50,806 nt of DNA, from contig PAZU01000006.1 in assembly GCA_002715725.1 (NCBI GenBank), forward strand, positions 1-50,806, written 5' to 3'. The stretch comes from Methanobacteriota archaeon. Lineage in GTDB: Archaea > Thermoplasmatota > Poseidoniia > Poseidoniales > Poseidoniaceae. Positions within the stretch are counted from its first letter, which is position 1; every line of letters begins with the position of its first letter. Positions 26,019-35,400 of the stretch are shown here, one piece after another. The notes beneath the pieces were generated by a model. The model was not told the origin of the DNA and searched no databases. It saw only the letters and a list, made by a program, of their open reading frames with translations. The position numbers and the translations under genes were made by a program.

Positions 26019-26910
26019 GGCGAAGGGGAGTATTGTTGCTGGCTGCCTTGCACCGCATCCACCACATTTGGTTTATGCAGATAACCCTGAGCAAAATGAA
26101 CCGGTCTCAGAAGGGGGCTGGGAGCAACTTAGATGGGGTTATGAGAGGTTGCGAGAATCTCTGGAAGATGTTGATTATGACGTTATTGTAATTCTTTCTC
26201 CTCACTGGCAAACATATGTTGGTACACACTTCATCGGTGTAGAGAAGTGTTCTTCCAAGAGTGTAGACCCGGTTTTTCCAAATCTATTCCGTTTTAATTA
26301 TGATTTGGCAATAGATGTTGAATTAGCAGAGGCAATCCATGACCAAGCTAAATCTGGAGGAATGTCAGTCAAGATGATGACTAATCCCGATTTCAGAGTT
26401 GACTATGGAACGATTGTTTCTTGTCATATGGTCAGGCCTGAATGGGATAAACCGATAGTATCCATTTCTTCTAATCGTAGTCTGTCCTACTATTCAGTAG
26501 AGGTAATGCAGGAAATGATGATTGAACTCGGAAAATCCACTGCCAGAGCGATAGAAGAGAGTGGTAAGAAGTGTCTCTTGATTGCAAGTAATTCACTCTC
26601 ACATCGTCATTTCGTAACAGAAACTAATCCTCCCGAAGATATGAGCAAAGAACACATTACAAGTCATGCAATGCATTTGTGGGATATGCGAATGATTGAG
26701 ATGATGCGCCAAGGAAAATCTCAGCAAATTATCAATGAGATGCCTGAATTCTGTGAACAAGCAATTGCAGAAACAGATGGAGGTGCACTCACTTGGCTGT
26801 TATCGGCGATGGGTGTTCCTAGTGAGCCTGCAATCTTGCATGGCTATGGAACAATTATTGGAACTGGTAATGCAATTATGGAATGGCCATGTCGAAACTG
26901 GGGTGCTTGA
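26017..26910 (+). CDS. LigB-superfamily (class III) extradiol dioxygenase, 2-aminophenol 1,6-dioxygenase beta-subunit-like
   Basis: GCLAPHPPHLVYADNPEQNEP, ILSPHW, SVDPVFPNLFRFNY, DVELAEA, DFRVDYGT, PEDMSKEH, WDMRMIEMMRQGK and GTGNAIMEW closely follow what I remember of AmnB/NbzCb. Metal-ligand His residues are present (HPPH, SPHW). Confidence 0.85.
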   Translation: MAKGSIVAGCLAPHPPHLVYADNPEQNEPVSEGGWEQLRWGYERLRESLEDVDYDVIVILSPHWQTYVGTHFIGVEKCSSKSVDPVFPNLFRFNYDLAIDVELAEAIHDQAKSGGMSVKMMTNPDFRVDYGTIVSCHMVRPEWDKPIVSISSNRSLSYYSVEVMQEMMIELGKSTARAIEESGKKCLLIASNSLSHRHFVTETNPPEDMSKEHITSHAMHLWDMRMIEMMRQGKSQQIINEMPEFCEQAIAETDGGALTWLLSAMGVPSEPAILHGYGTIIGTGNAIMEWPCRNWGA

Positions 26911-28293
26911 ATGACAGGCGAGGTAATCAAATCGCTAATTGTGCCTGCGCATCCCCATCCAGTTTTATGTCCAGAAAAAAACGAAGGTTGGCAAAGAGTT
27001 CGGGATGCTTATGATGGTGCCCGAAAACAAATCGAAGAGAGCGATGCAGACCTGATTATTGTCTATTCAACTCTGTGGCCTAGTGTGATAGGGCACCAAA
27101 TTCAAGCAGATCCCAACCCAGAATGGGTGATGGTAGATGCGGACTTCCACGATTTGGGGAGTATTCACTATTCATTGAAAATTGATACAGAATTTGCGGA
27201 AGCATGGAATCAGGCCAATATCAAACGTGGTTTAGAGTCTAGAACAGTTGCTTATCATGGCTTTCCAGTTGATGTCGGTTCAGTTGTTGCTTTAGAACTA
27301 CTAAATCCTAATAATAGAATTCCAGCAGTAATCTGCTCTACGAATGTCTACTCTAACAGAGCCGAGACTACAGTACTCGCCAAAGCATGTATGGATGTAG
27401 TAAAGGCTCAAGGCAAAAAGGTGGTTGCAGTTTCCGTAATGTCACTATCAAACAGAATGTTCACAGAACCGATTGAGCCCCACGAAGACAGGATTCACTC
27501 GCTGAAAGATGACGAGTGGAATCGCAAAATTTTGGAATTCCTATCTGAAGGCCGCTTGGAAGATGTCGGACAACTTAGCCGAACAATCCATGACCAAATC
27601 CGAGTTAAGAAAGTTGTAGCATTCAAACCAATGTGGTGGCTTTCTGCCATGAATGATAATCGTAATGATTTGACAGGACAGGTACTGGCCTATGAACCAA
27701 TTCATGGAGCAGGAGCAGCAGTTGTTGTATTAGATCCGGAGTCTAATGGAACCGGCGATAAGGAATACGATGAGGATGATGTCGAATTCTATGGCGGTGA
27801 CAGAAATGTGTTAGAATCAGACCTAGAAGAGAATGGAACTGTTAACTCGGGTCCAGCATTGTATGACCCCGTTGAAGGTGCTAATGCGGTTAACACCAGT
27901 AAAGCGCCTAAACCAGTTGGGGCCTACCCCCATGCAAGAAGAGAAGGCGACCTGATTTATCTGTCAGGAGTTGGTCCAAGGCAGCCAGGAGATAATTCGA
28001 TACCGGGTGGGCCTATCAAAGACTCAAATGGCAATCCTTTGAATTATGACATTAAAGCTCAAACAAGAGCAGTGGTAGATAATATTGCTAGAATATTAGA
28101 AGAGGCCGGTTCTTCACTAGAGAAAGTTATTGACGTAACCTCCTTTTTAGTAGATATGGATCGTGATTTTTCAGGATACAATGAAGTTTGGGCTGAAACA
28201 CTCGGTAAAGTAGGGCCTACTCGTACAACACTTGCAATTAGAGCATTACCAACACCTATTGCTGTAGAGATGAAAGTAATCGCCAAAGTTTGA
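26911..28293 (+). CDS. Fusion: AmnA-like (non-catalytic LigB-fold alpha subunit) + acidic linker + RidA/YjgF-family deaminase domain
   Basis: N-terminal ~285 aa are LigB-like, but VYSTLW replaces SPHW (second His ligand lost, as in alpha subunits); YHGFPVD and EDRIHSLKDDEWNRKILEF are also present. The C-terminal ~125 aa are RidA-like (KPVGAYPHARREGDLIYLSGVGP ... GPTRTTLAIRALPTPIAVEMKVIA). The ATG directly follows the upstream TGA. Confidence 0.82.
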   Translation: MTGEVIKSLIVPAHPHPVLCPEKNEGWQRVRDAYDGARKQIEESDADLIIVYSTLWPSVIGHQIQADPNPEWVMVDADFHDLGSIHYSLKIDTEFAEAWNQANIKRGLESRTVAYHGFPVDVGSVVALELLNPNNRIPAVICSTNVYSNRAETTVLAKACMDVVKAQGKKVVAVSVMSLSNRMFTEPIEPHEDRIHSLKDDEWNRKILEFLSEGRLEDVGQLSRTIHDQIRVKKVVAFKPMWWLSAMNDNRNDLTGQVLAYEPIHGAGAAVVVLDPESNGTGDKEYDEDDVEFYGGDRNVLESDLEENGTVNSGPALYDPVEGANAVNTSKAPKPVGAYPHARREGDLIYLSGVGPRQPGDNSIPGGPIKDSNGNPLNYDIKAQTRAVVDNIARILEEAGSSLEKVIDVTSFLVDMDRDFSGYNEVWAETLGKVGPTRTTLAIRALPTPIAVEMKVIAKV

Positions 28294-28420
28294 TTTCCGC
28301 TATCCGGGGTTTTTCGGCGTCAATGTGTAGTAAACAATAACTACCAATTGCGCTTGATTAGCAATAACGGTGTAGTACCGGTCGTAAAAAGGAAATTTGT
28401 TCGCCACAGGAGAGTTTTCA

Positions 28421-29848
28421 ATGGACATCAAATCTACAACTGGCAAGTTGCTAAAAGGCGACATTTCAGGGGTTGTATCTGACGTAAAATCTCAAATTAA
28501 ACGCTCTTTGAGTCTAATCGGAGTTATCATCGTTACAGTTGCAGCAAGCATTGGCGCTGGACTGTTTGTGTTGCCATCATTTGCTGTAGCAATAATGGGG
28601 CCAGGTATTTGGTTGGCCTTCTTGATTGCAGGAATTGTGTTCCTGCCCGGTGCGCTTTCTAAATCAGAATTGTCCTCGGCTATGCCGGTCAATGGCGGTG
28701 CTTATGTCTATGTTGAGCGTTCATTCGGTCCATTGGTTGGAACAATTAGTGGGCTGGGGCTATGGGCCTCCTTTTTGCTGAAATCTGCTTTCGCATTGAT
28801 TGGTTTTTCAGCATATATGTACGCGGTAACAAACTATCTCGACATTTCAACCAATACAACTCTTGTAATTATGGCAGCGCTAGTTCTAATTACTGTTCTG
28901 AACATTTTTGGAATCAAAAAAGTGAAGGCATTTCAAACACCAATTCTAGCGCTTACAACCGCTGTAATCCTAATCATTTGTTTGATTCAATTATTCGATG
29001 CGAACATCGATTTTTCTCGTCCGATTGATGGTGCATTCGATGTATCGAGAAATGACCCGATTTTGGTAGCCGAATCTGCGGCATTAGTCTTTGTTGCATA
29101 TGCAGGCATATACAAGGCTGGAGCCATTGGTGGAGAAGTTAAGGAACCAGAAAAGAACCTGCCTAAGGGCATGTTAATCTCTCTCTTACTGATTACTCTT
29201 CTCTATGTGATTATTACTTTCATCATGATGGCATCGGTTGATGTTGAAACTATGCTTAATTCTGATGGTTCAGCTAGGGAAGATCCGATTTTTGCTTTTG
29301 TCGATGTAATAGCATCTACTAATATTGGGTTAATGGTGGCATTATTAGCTGTTCTAACCATGGTCTCAGGTGCTTTATCTGGACTATTGGCAGCATCTCG
29401 TTTCCTGTTTGGGATGGCAAAGGACAGTTTGTTGCCAGGAACCTTAGGAGAAACAAACAACAAATTTGGAACTCCTCACTGGGCGATAATTATTACAGGT
29501 ATTACTATGGCAATTTCCATAATTACACTCCCTGTAAAGGATGTAGCCAAATTAGCATCCGGTTTCCAAATAATGGTTATTGTTGCATTGAATATCAGTG
29601 TGGTTATTTTACGAAGTGAAAATCCAAAACACGATTGGTACAAACCTACTTTCAAATCTCCACTGTTCCCATGGGTTCAGATTATTGGTACAGTTATAGG
29701 TGGTTACTTGGTATTCATCATGGGAGAGAAAGCGATTATTGGAGCAGTTGCAGCCATCGTAATTGGTGTCGCTACTTACTACATATATGGCAAAAAGAAT
29801 CACCAACTAAAACAATCAATGAGCGTTTCTTCTAATGAAGAAGAATGA
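28421..29848 (+). CDS. APC-superfamily amino acid/polyamine permease
   Basis: About 12 TM segments with family-typical VIIVTVAASIGAGLFVLPS and ELSSAMPVNGGAYVYV. ATG 28421 is preceded by AGGAGAG. The tracked ORF starts at TTG 28397. Confidence 0.88.
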   Translation: MDIKSTTGKLLKGDISGVVSDVKSQIKRSLSLIGVIIVTVAASIGAGLFVLPSFAVAIMGPGIWLAFLIAGIVFLPGALSKSELSSAMPVNGGAYVYVERSFGPLVGTISGLGLWASFLLKSAFALIGFSAYMYAVTNYLDISTNTTLVIMAALVLITVLNIFGIKKVKAFQTPILALTTAVILIICLIQLFDANIDFSRPIDGAFDVSRNDPILVAESAALVFVAYAGIYKAGAIGGEVKEPEKNLPKGMLISLLLITLLYVIITFIMMASVDVETMLNSDGSAREDPIFAFVDVIASTNIGLMVALLAVLTMVSGALSGLLAASRFLFGMAKDSLLPGTLGETNNKFGTPHWAIIITGITMAISIITLPVKDVAKLASGFQIMVIVALNISVVILRSENPKHDWYKPTFKSPLFPWVQIIGTVIGGYLVFIMGEKAIIGAVAAIVIGVATYYIYGKKNHQLKQSMSVSSNEEE

Positions 29849-32437
29849 CTATGACATTCTAGTCCATTCACCAGATTCACTAACTAGCCAAGATGTTAAT
29901 TGTCCATCCGAGTCAATATACCATCCTGTCTTTCCTTGTTCAGTACCAGGAGCGGCTTGCATTACTCCTGTTCTCTTTGCTTCAGCAGCTAATCTTGCTC
30001 GCAAATCCTCCTTAGATTCAGATGGCTGTTCTTCTGTTGTTTCTGCAACTACAGGTACAGGTTCACTCTTCACTTCAGGTTCTTCAATGATTTCTTCCTG
30101 ATGGGTTTCTTCTGCAATTGAATCTTCTTCTTCGTATTCTTCATACTCATCTTCCCAGTAATCAACATCATCTTGATCACCTTTCAATCTGCGAATTAAT
30201 ACTACCATTATGGCAATGAAAAGGAATACGATAATCGAGACCATTGTTAAGGCGGTATTTGAGTCACCAAGACCCCCACCAAACAATACTGCATCAACAT
30301 CGAAGAAACGTTGTGCAACTAAGTCATCCCAGTAAGCATTGCATGATTGAGACTGCCCTGATTGGTCGATTGATACCTCATATGTGTCTCCTGCTAAGTG
30401 CGTGGCAGGTCCAGTAGTACACTTGATTGTGACATCCGCAGGTGGAACTTCTATCCTATTTCCGGCTTGGTCAATTGCATGAATTCTGATAATCATGCTA
30501 CTACCTTCTTCTGGGTTTTGCTCCGGAATATCTGCAAGTAGTCGAACTGCTTGGCCTGGCGAAACAACCACAGCAATGTCTTGTGTTGCAGAACCAGTTG
30601 TTAATCGCAAGTTCCATTCCCCTGCCTCTCCTCCTGTTACAACCCAGTATCCATCTCCCTTCGAAGATGGAGAAACAACACCTTGTGGGTCTTCAAACTC
30701 AAATGTAATATCGGATGCTAAAGCGACATTTCCATGAACATCTAATGTAGAGATTTTGATCTCAACATTTTCGGCACTAGCTACTTCTATTCCATCATCA
30801 AAATCAGTAGAAATATGTCTCGCAGTACCTGCAATAACTTCAACATCTGTAATTGCGAAAACTCCTTGTGACATCGCTCGGATTTCGTGCATTCCGATAC
30901 TTGATGGAGCCCAACGGTCACCTGCAAGGCGAATTTCCATAGTCATATCAATATCATCAATGACCCAAGTAACCAATACTTCGTCGATGACATTACCATA
31001 TTCATCTTCGAAAATCGGTTGAAGTTCTAAAACTCCGTCCGAGGGCACCCTTGTACCGCTTTCTGGCAGAACGATTCTTGCTAATTCTCCAGATGTTACA
31101 TGGACAATAGATTCAACTTCATGAACAAGTTGCGTTTCATTGTCAAACCAGGTGGCAGAGATTGTGAAATTGCCTATGGGGCCTGGTCTGAGTTCCATCC
31201 AATCGCCTTGGTCAACAGCAGATAATTCACTAGGAATTGTCCAAGCACCGTCAACAGCACGTTGATTTCCAGCAGCATCGTAAGCTGAGATAGATGCAAC
31301 AACTAATTCTCCGGATTTTAGCACATTTTCGGATAACAAAATCTCGATTCCAGTAACTTCACCTTGAATGACATTGACTTGCATTGTTGCAGAGAATCCT
31401 TGGTCATTAACTCCAATTGTCCAATCACCAATCTTGGATGGAATCCAAACTACTGAATCACCCTCCATTGAAAGAGAGCCAGTTGGAACCGTCCAGTTTG
31501 CGAGAGGGAGTACGACTTCACCTGAATTCCCAAGAACATCAGTTCGAATCGCTGACAGTGTCACAGGAGAACCGGTTCGTGCTTGAGTAACATCCATTTC
31601 GATATCCAGCCCAGTCGCTTGTGCTGGCAAAACGCGAATCACTCCACTGCCGAATGCTCCCGATGTACTGTTTACGCTGATATTCCACACTCCCGGTGCT
31701 CCTCCAAAGTAAATCCCCGATGGCGAAATTGAACCATTTTCAGAATTCCATGTCAATTCTCCAGCTTTCGATATTCCCACTTCATTGCCTCTAGCATCTT
31801 TGGCAACAGGGATAATGTGTATGGTGTTGCCACTTTGTACAGTTAGGCCAAATGGTATTTCTAGGGAAGTTGGATTGCCCGGGACTACATTGAATACTAC
31901 CTGAATTTCCAATTCAAGATAGATTATTCTCATCACAGCACTACCAACTTCATCGGGTTTCCATGTCATGTTGTCATAGTCGATTTCTCCGTTTTGACAT
32001 CTCCATGTTAAATCACCAGATACAGGATTGCCTGCCCGATCTACTAAAGTTGCGTTAAGAGATATTGTATCATCAATACTCACTTCTGTTAGATTAAATC
32101 CAGATTGAATTCCGACTGGCCAGCCTGCAGTTACTTGAACATTAGTCGTTGAATTGACAGTTCCACTAGTTGCAGTGATAATTGTTTGACCAACCATGCC
32201 TGGAGTAAATAGGCCATCAGAATCGATAGTTCCAGAACTTGCAGACCAAGTTATTTGTTCGTTGATTGGGTTACCTGAGTTGTCTTTGACCACAGCTGTA
32301 AATCTGATGGCTTGATCAGCACTCACAGTTTGTTGATGCGAATCTATGTCAATACTTGCAGGGCTAGATGCCAAAACCGGTGATGAAATTTGAACAAGCA
32401 ACAGGGTGACCAGTAAGGAAAGAATTGCCTTTCTCAC
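29849..32437 (-). CDS. Surface protein with tandem Big_2-like Ig domains, C-terminal TM and long acidic cytoplasmic tail
   Basis: Signal peptide (LLVTLLLVQISSPVLASS). Repeated Ig-like units follow the pattern ..F.A...D..GN.I.....W..S.G.I...G.F. TM (MVSIIVFLFIAIMVVLI), 114-aa tail ending TGWYIDSDGQLTSWLVSESGEWTRMS. GTG start. Confidence 0.85.
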   Translation of the reverse strand: MRKAILSLLVTLLLVQISSPVLASSPASIDIDSHQQTVSADQAIRFTAVVKDNSGNPINEQITWSASSGTIDSDGLFTPGMVGQTIITATSGTVNSTTNVQVTAGWPVGIQSGFNLTEVSIDDTISLNATLVDRAGNPVSGDLTWRCQNGEIDYDNMTWKPDEVGSAVMRIIYLELEIQVVFNVVPGNPTSLEIPFGLTVQSGNTIHIIPVAKDARGNEVGISKAGELTWNSENGSISPSGIYFGGAPGVWNISVNSTSGAFGSGVIRVLPAQATGLDIEMDVTQARTGSPVTLSAIRTDVLGNSGEVVLPLANWTVPTGSLSMEGDSVVWIPSKIGDWTIGVNDQGFSATMQVNVIQGEVTGIEILLSENVLKSGELVVASISAYDAAGNQRAVDGAWTIPSELSAVDQGDWMELRPGPIGNFTISATWFDNETQLVHEVESIVHVTSGELARIVLPESGTRVPSDGVLELQPIFEDEYGNVIDEVLVTWVIDDIDMTMEIRLAGDRWAPSSIGMHEIRAMSQGVFAITDVEVIAGTARHISTDFDDGIEVASAENVEIKISTLDVHGNVALASDITFEFEDPQGVVSPSSKGDGYWVVTGGEAGEWNLRLTTGSATQDIAVVVSPGQAVRLLADIPEQNPEEGSSMIIRIHAIDQAGNRIEVPPADVTIKCTTGPATHLAGDTYEVSIDQSGQSQSCNAYWDDLVAQRFFDVDAVLFGGGLGDSNTALTMVSIIVFLFIAIMVVLIRRLKGDQDDVDYWEDEYEEYEEEDSIAEETHQEEIIEEPEVKSEPVPVVAETTEEQPSESKEDLRARLAAEAKRTGVMQAAPGTEQGKTGWYIDSDGQLTSWLVSESGEWTRMS

Positions 32438-32484
32438 AAAAATCCCCTTTATCCCATTAGTCTCTACCGTTGTTTAGGTTTCGA

Positions 32485-35400
32485 TTAGTCTGCCCATTCG
32501 CTCCATTCAGTAGTGCCAGGGTCGCGGTACCACCATGTACCATTTTCATCCTCGCCCCACTCAACATCTTCTTCATCAAGTCGGTAATCTGTCATCCAAT
32601 CTTCGCGACCACGCTCTACCAATGGAGGTCCAGATGGTCCTGCAGCAGCAGGAGGCTGTTCTTCTTCCTCTTCGTATTGATAATCATCATCGTCGTCATC
32701 ATCATCGTAATCAGACCCTCCAGAACGAAGTACCATTACTATGACAACCAGTAATACAATCACTACAAGAATTGCGAGAATTCCACCAGCATAGTACAGG
32801 GTTCCTCCTGCCTCAAAGAATCCCATGAAGGTGCCTTCGACCACTATTGTGTCAGAGACTTCCTTGTTGTGAACAGATATGGTTACAGTTTGTTCTTCTG
32901 CATCAAGTGTAGTTATTGTCCACTTACCATTTTCTGTTAACTCAGCAGACATCCTACCTGTTAACTTGACTTGAGTTTCAGGTGGTACAGGGATTTCATT
33001 CTCCCAAGCATCGAATGTTCTAACCTCGATATTGAATGTCTCCAACTGCAGTACCGAATCATCGACAATAGTCAACTCTATTCTGTTCACAGTTTGATGA
33101 GCGACAACGGTTACTGTCCAAGTATCTTCAGCACCACTCGGTGAGCGGAACTTGAAGGAATGCTCACCTGCTGTTGTCGCACTCCAGTTGTATTCTCCTC
33201 CTGATCCTTCGATTGTAGAGGCTGGAACGGCCTTATTGTCCTGAGTCCATAGAACGCTCTCAAGGAATGTATTTCCATCAGCATCGGTTCCCGTGATAGT
33301 TAGATCGTACACATCTCCGGCCTTCGCAGTATTTGCGATAACACCAATTTCAACAGTTACAGCATCTCCATGTTCTACTGAAATAGTAACTGTCTCGGAG
33401 ATATTGTATCCGCTACTTGATATCGCCCAAGCCGTGATTGACCAGTTCCCAACAGCAGTTGCTTCCCATACACCAGCATTGCCTACGATTATCGAGGTAA
33501 TGTCCGAGGTTTCTCCGGAATCAAGATTCTCTAATGTATAGGAGACTATGGATGAATCGATTATATTTCCATCACTATCTGTCAATTGTGGAAGGAACTG
33601 CAAACTGTTGTCTGCATCTATATTCTGATTCAAACTCACAGGTTGAATCAGTGAAACGCTCACTAAATCACCATTGTCAACAGATATGTCTAGAGTAACT
33701 TCGATCGTGACATTAGCATCGTTGTAAGTAGCACGTAGTGTGTAGAATGTATCAGATGCAAATATTGGAACAAACATTGTTGTTGAACCGTATGTCATTT
33801 CTTGCAGCACACTTTGGTCAGTGAACTGATTATGCTCAATAGTCCATGCAACATTCTCAGTCCATCTGTTACCATCAGAATCGACAGCCTTGACCTTGAT
33901 TGTGATTTCATCATCAGCTGTAATCTCTTGAAGTGAACCGGTTGAATCTACAGAATCAATTACAAGAACTAGTCCGGTAATCGCACCTTCACTAACTTGT
34001 ACAACGACGCTGCTCTCCATTCCAGCATAACTTGCAGTTAGGGTCTTTGAACCACGTCTTTGTGCATGCCATTCTGCAGGCTGCCCTGCAGTTATCATTC
34101 CATCACTAATAGTCCAATTCTCATGAGGTATCACCACAGATAGTCGGTTACCCATGATATCGATTCTAGTCGTATTTAGCCAGACAATATCATCTGCAGT
34201 AACAAATGTCTCCGATGCGTTCACCTCTAGACTCATCATTTCCCCATGGGTAATCTGAATTGGAATTTCATGGTAAATTCCACCGGTCGAGGTCATGTTG
34301 ATGACATAGTTTCCAACAGTCATTGCGAAGAATGTCCCATTGGATTCAGTAAATACTCCACCGCCTACGGTCCAAGAAATCCCTCCACCTACTTCGAGGT
34401 TGAGCATATTTCCAAACTGGTCGTGTAATGTCCAATTCAGTTGACAAGTTTCTCCAGCGTGAATTATATCCTCGCAACCTGTTGTTTCATAGTAAACCGG
34501 TAAGCCGCCGACTACAGTGATTGTTACATCGATAGTCTGAGTCCCCCAGCCGACAGTTACAGTTTGTACACCAGAATTGTACGGTGCGAAGACTTTGACC
34601 TGTTGCATTGAACCATTTGTCACTTGGTAAGTGATTAGTTCTCCTCCGACCTCGTTACCATGTTGATCCTCAACATGGGCAAAAATCGTGAAGTATTCAT
34701 CTGCAGTAATTGTAGTGGAAGTGTCCTCAACTACTAGAGTCATAGGTGCACCAGGGGTTACAGTGATTGATTCAGTAGTACAAATAACTCCGAAACATGC
34801 AGTCACATCGTGAGTTCCTACAAACTGAGGAGTGAACATTCCAGTAGAGTTAATGCTACCGTCACTAACTGACCAAACTACATCTTCAGCTACCATTCCT
34901 CCCAACGCATCGTTTAGAATGTGTGAGAATTGTACTTGTGTATCTGCATCAGTGGTAGAACCGGATGGTGAGATAGATACAGAATGAACATCTGTATAAT
35001 TGATCATAATCTTTGGTCTTTCATCCAATGAGTTTTCGCTGGAATAGAATTCAACCCATGAAGGTGAACCTGCAGGAGTACTTGCAATAACAATCCAAGC
35101 ATGGTCTCCATCCATCTGCATACTAGCATAACCAATATCTAACCAAACTTCAGTGGTTCCAGAATTAATTGTGACACTCGAGATTGGTGTTGAATCATAT
35201 TCTACACCAGCTGCCATACCGCCTGCACTCCATGGAATACCTGCTTCAGAGTTATTCCATGTAGAACCTGCTTGAGACCAAGCGTTAGTCAGTAATCTGT
35301 GAACGCTTAATGTCATGGTTCCTGCTGCAGCAGATTCGACTTGCAAATTGATTGAAGCCGAATGAATCTTAGCTGCCATAGGTAGAGGAATCTGGCTGTT

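Noticed and set aside
32470-32754. 94-aa plus-strand ORF with IIIVVIIIV run
   Set aside because: It is the antisense of the poly-Asp/Glu cytoplasmic tail and TM of the giant protein.
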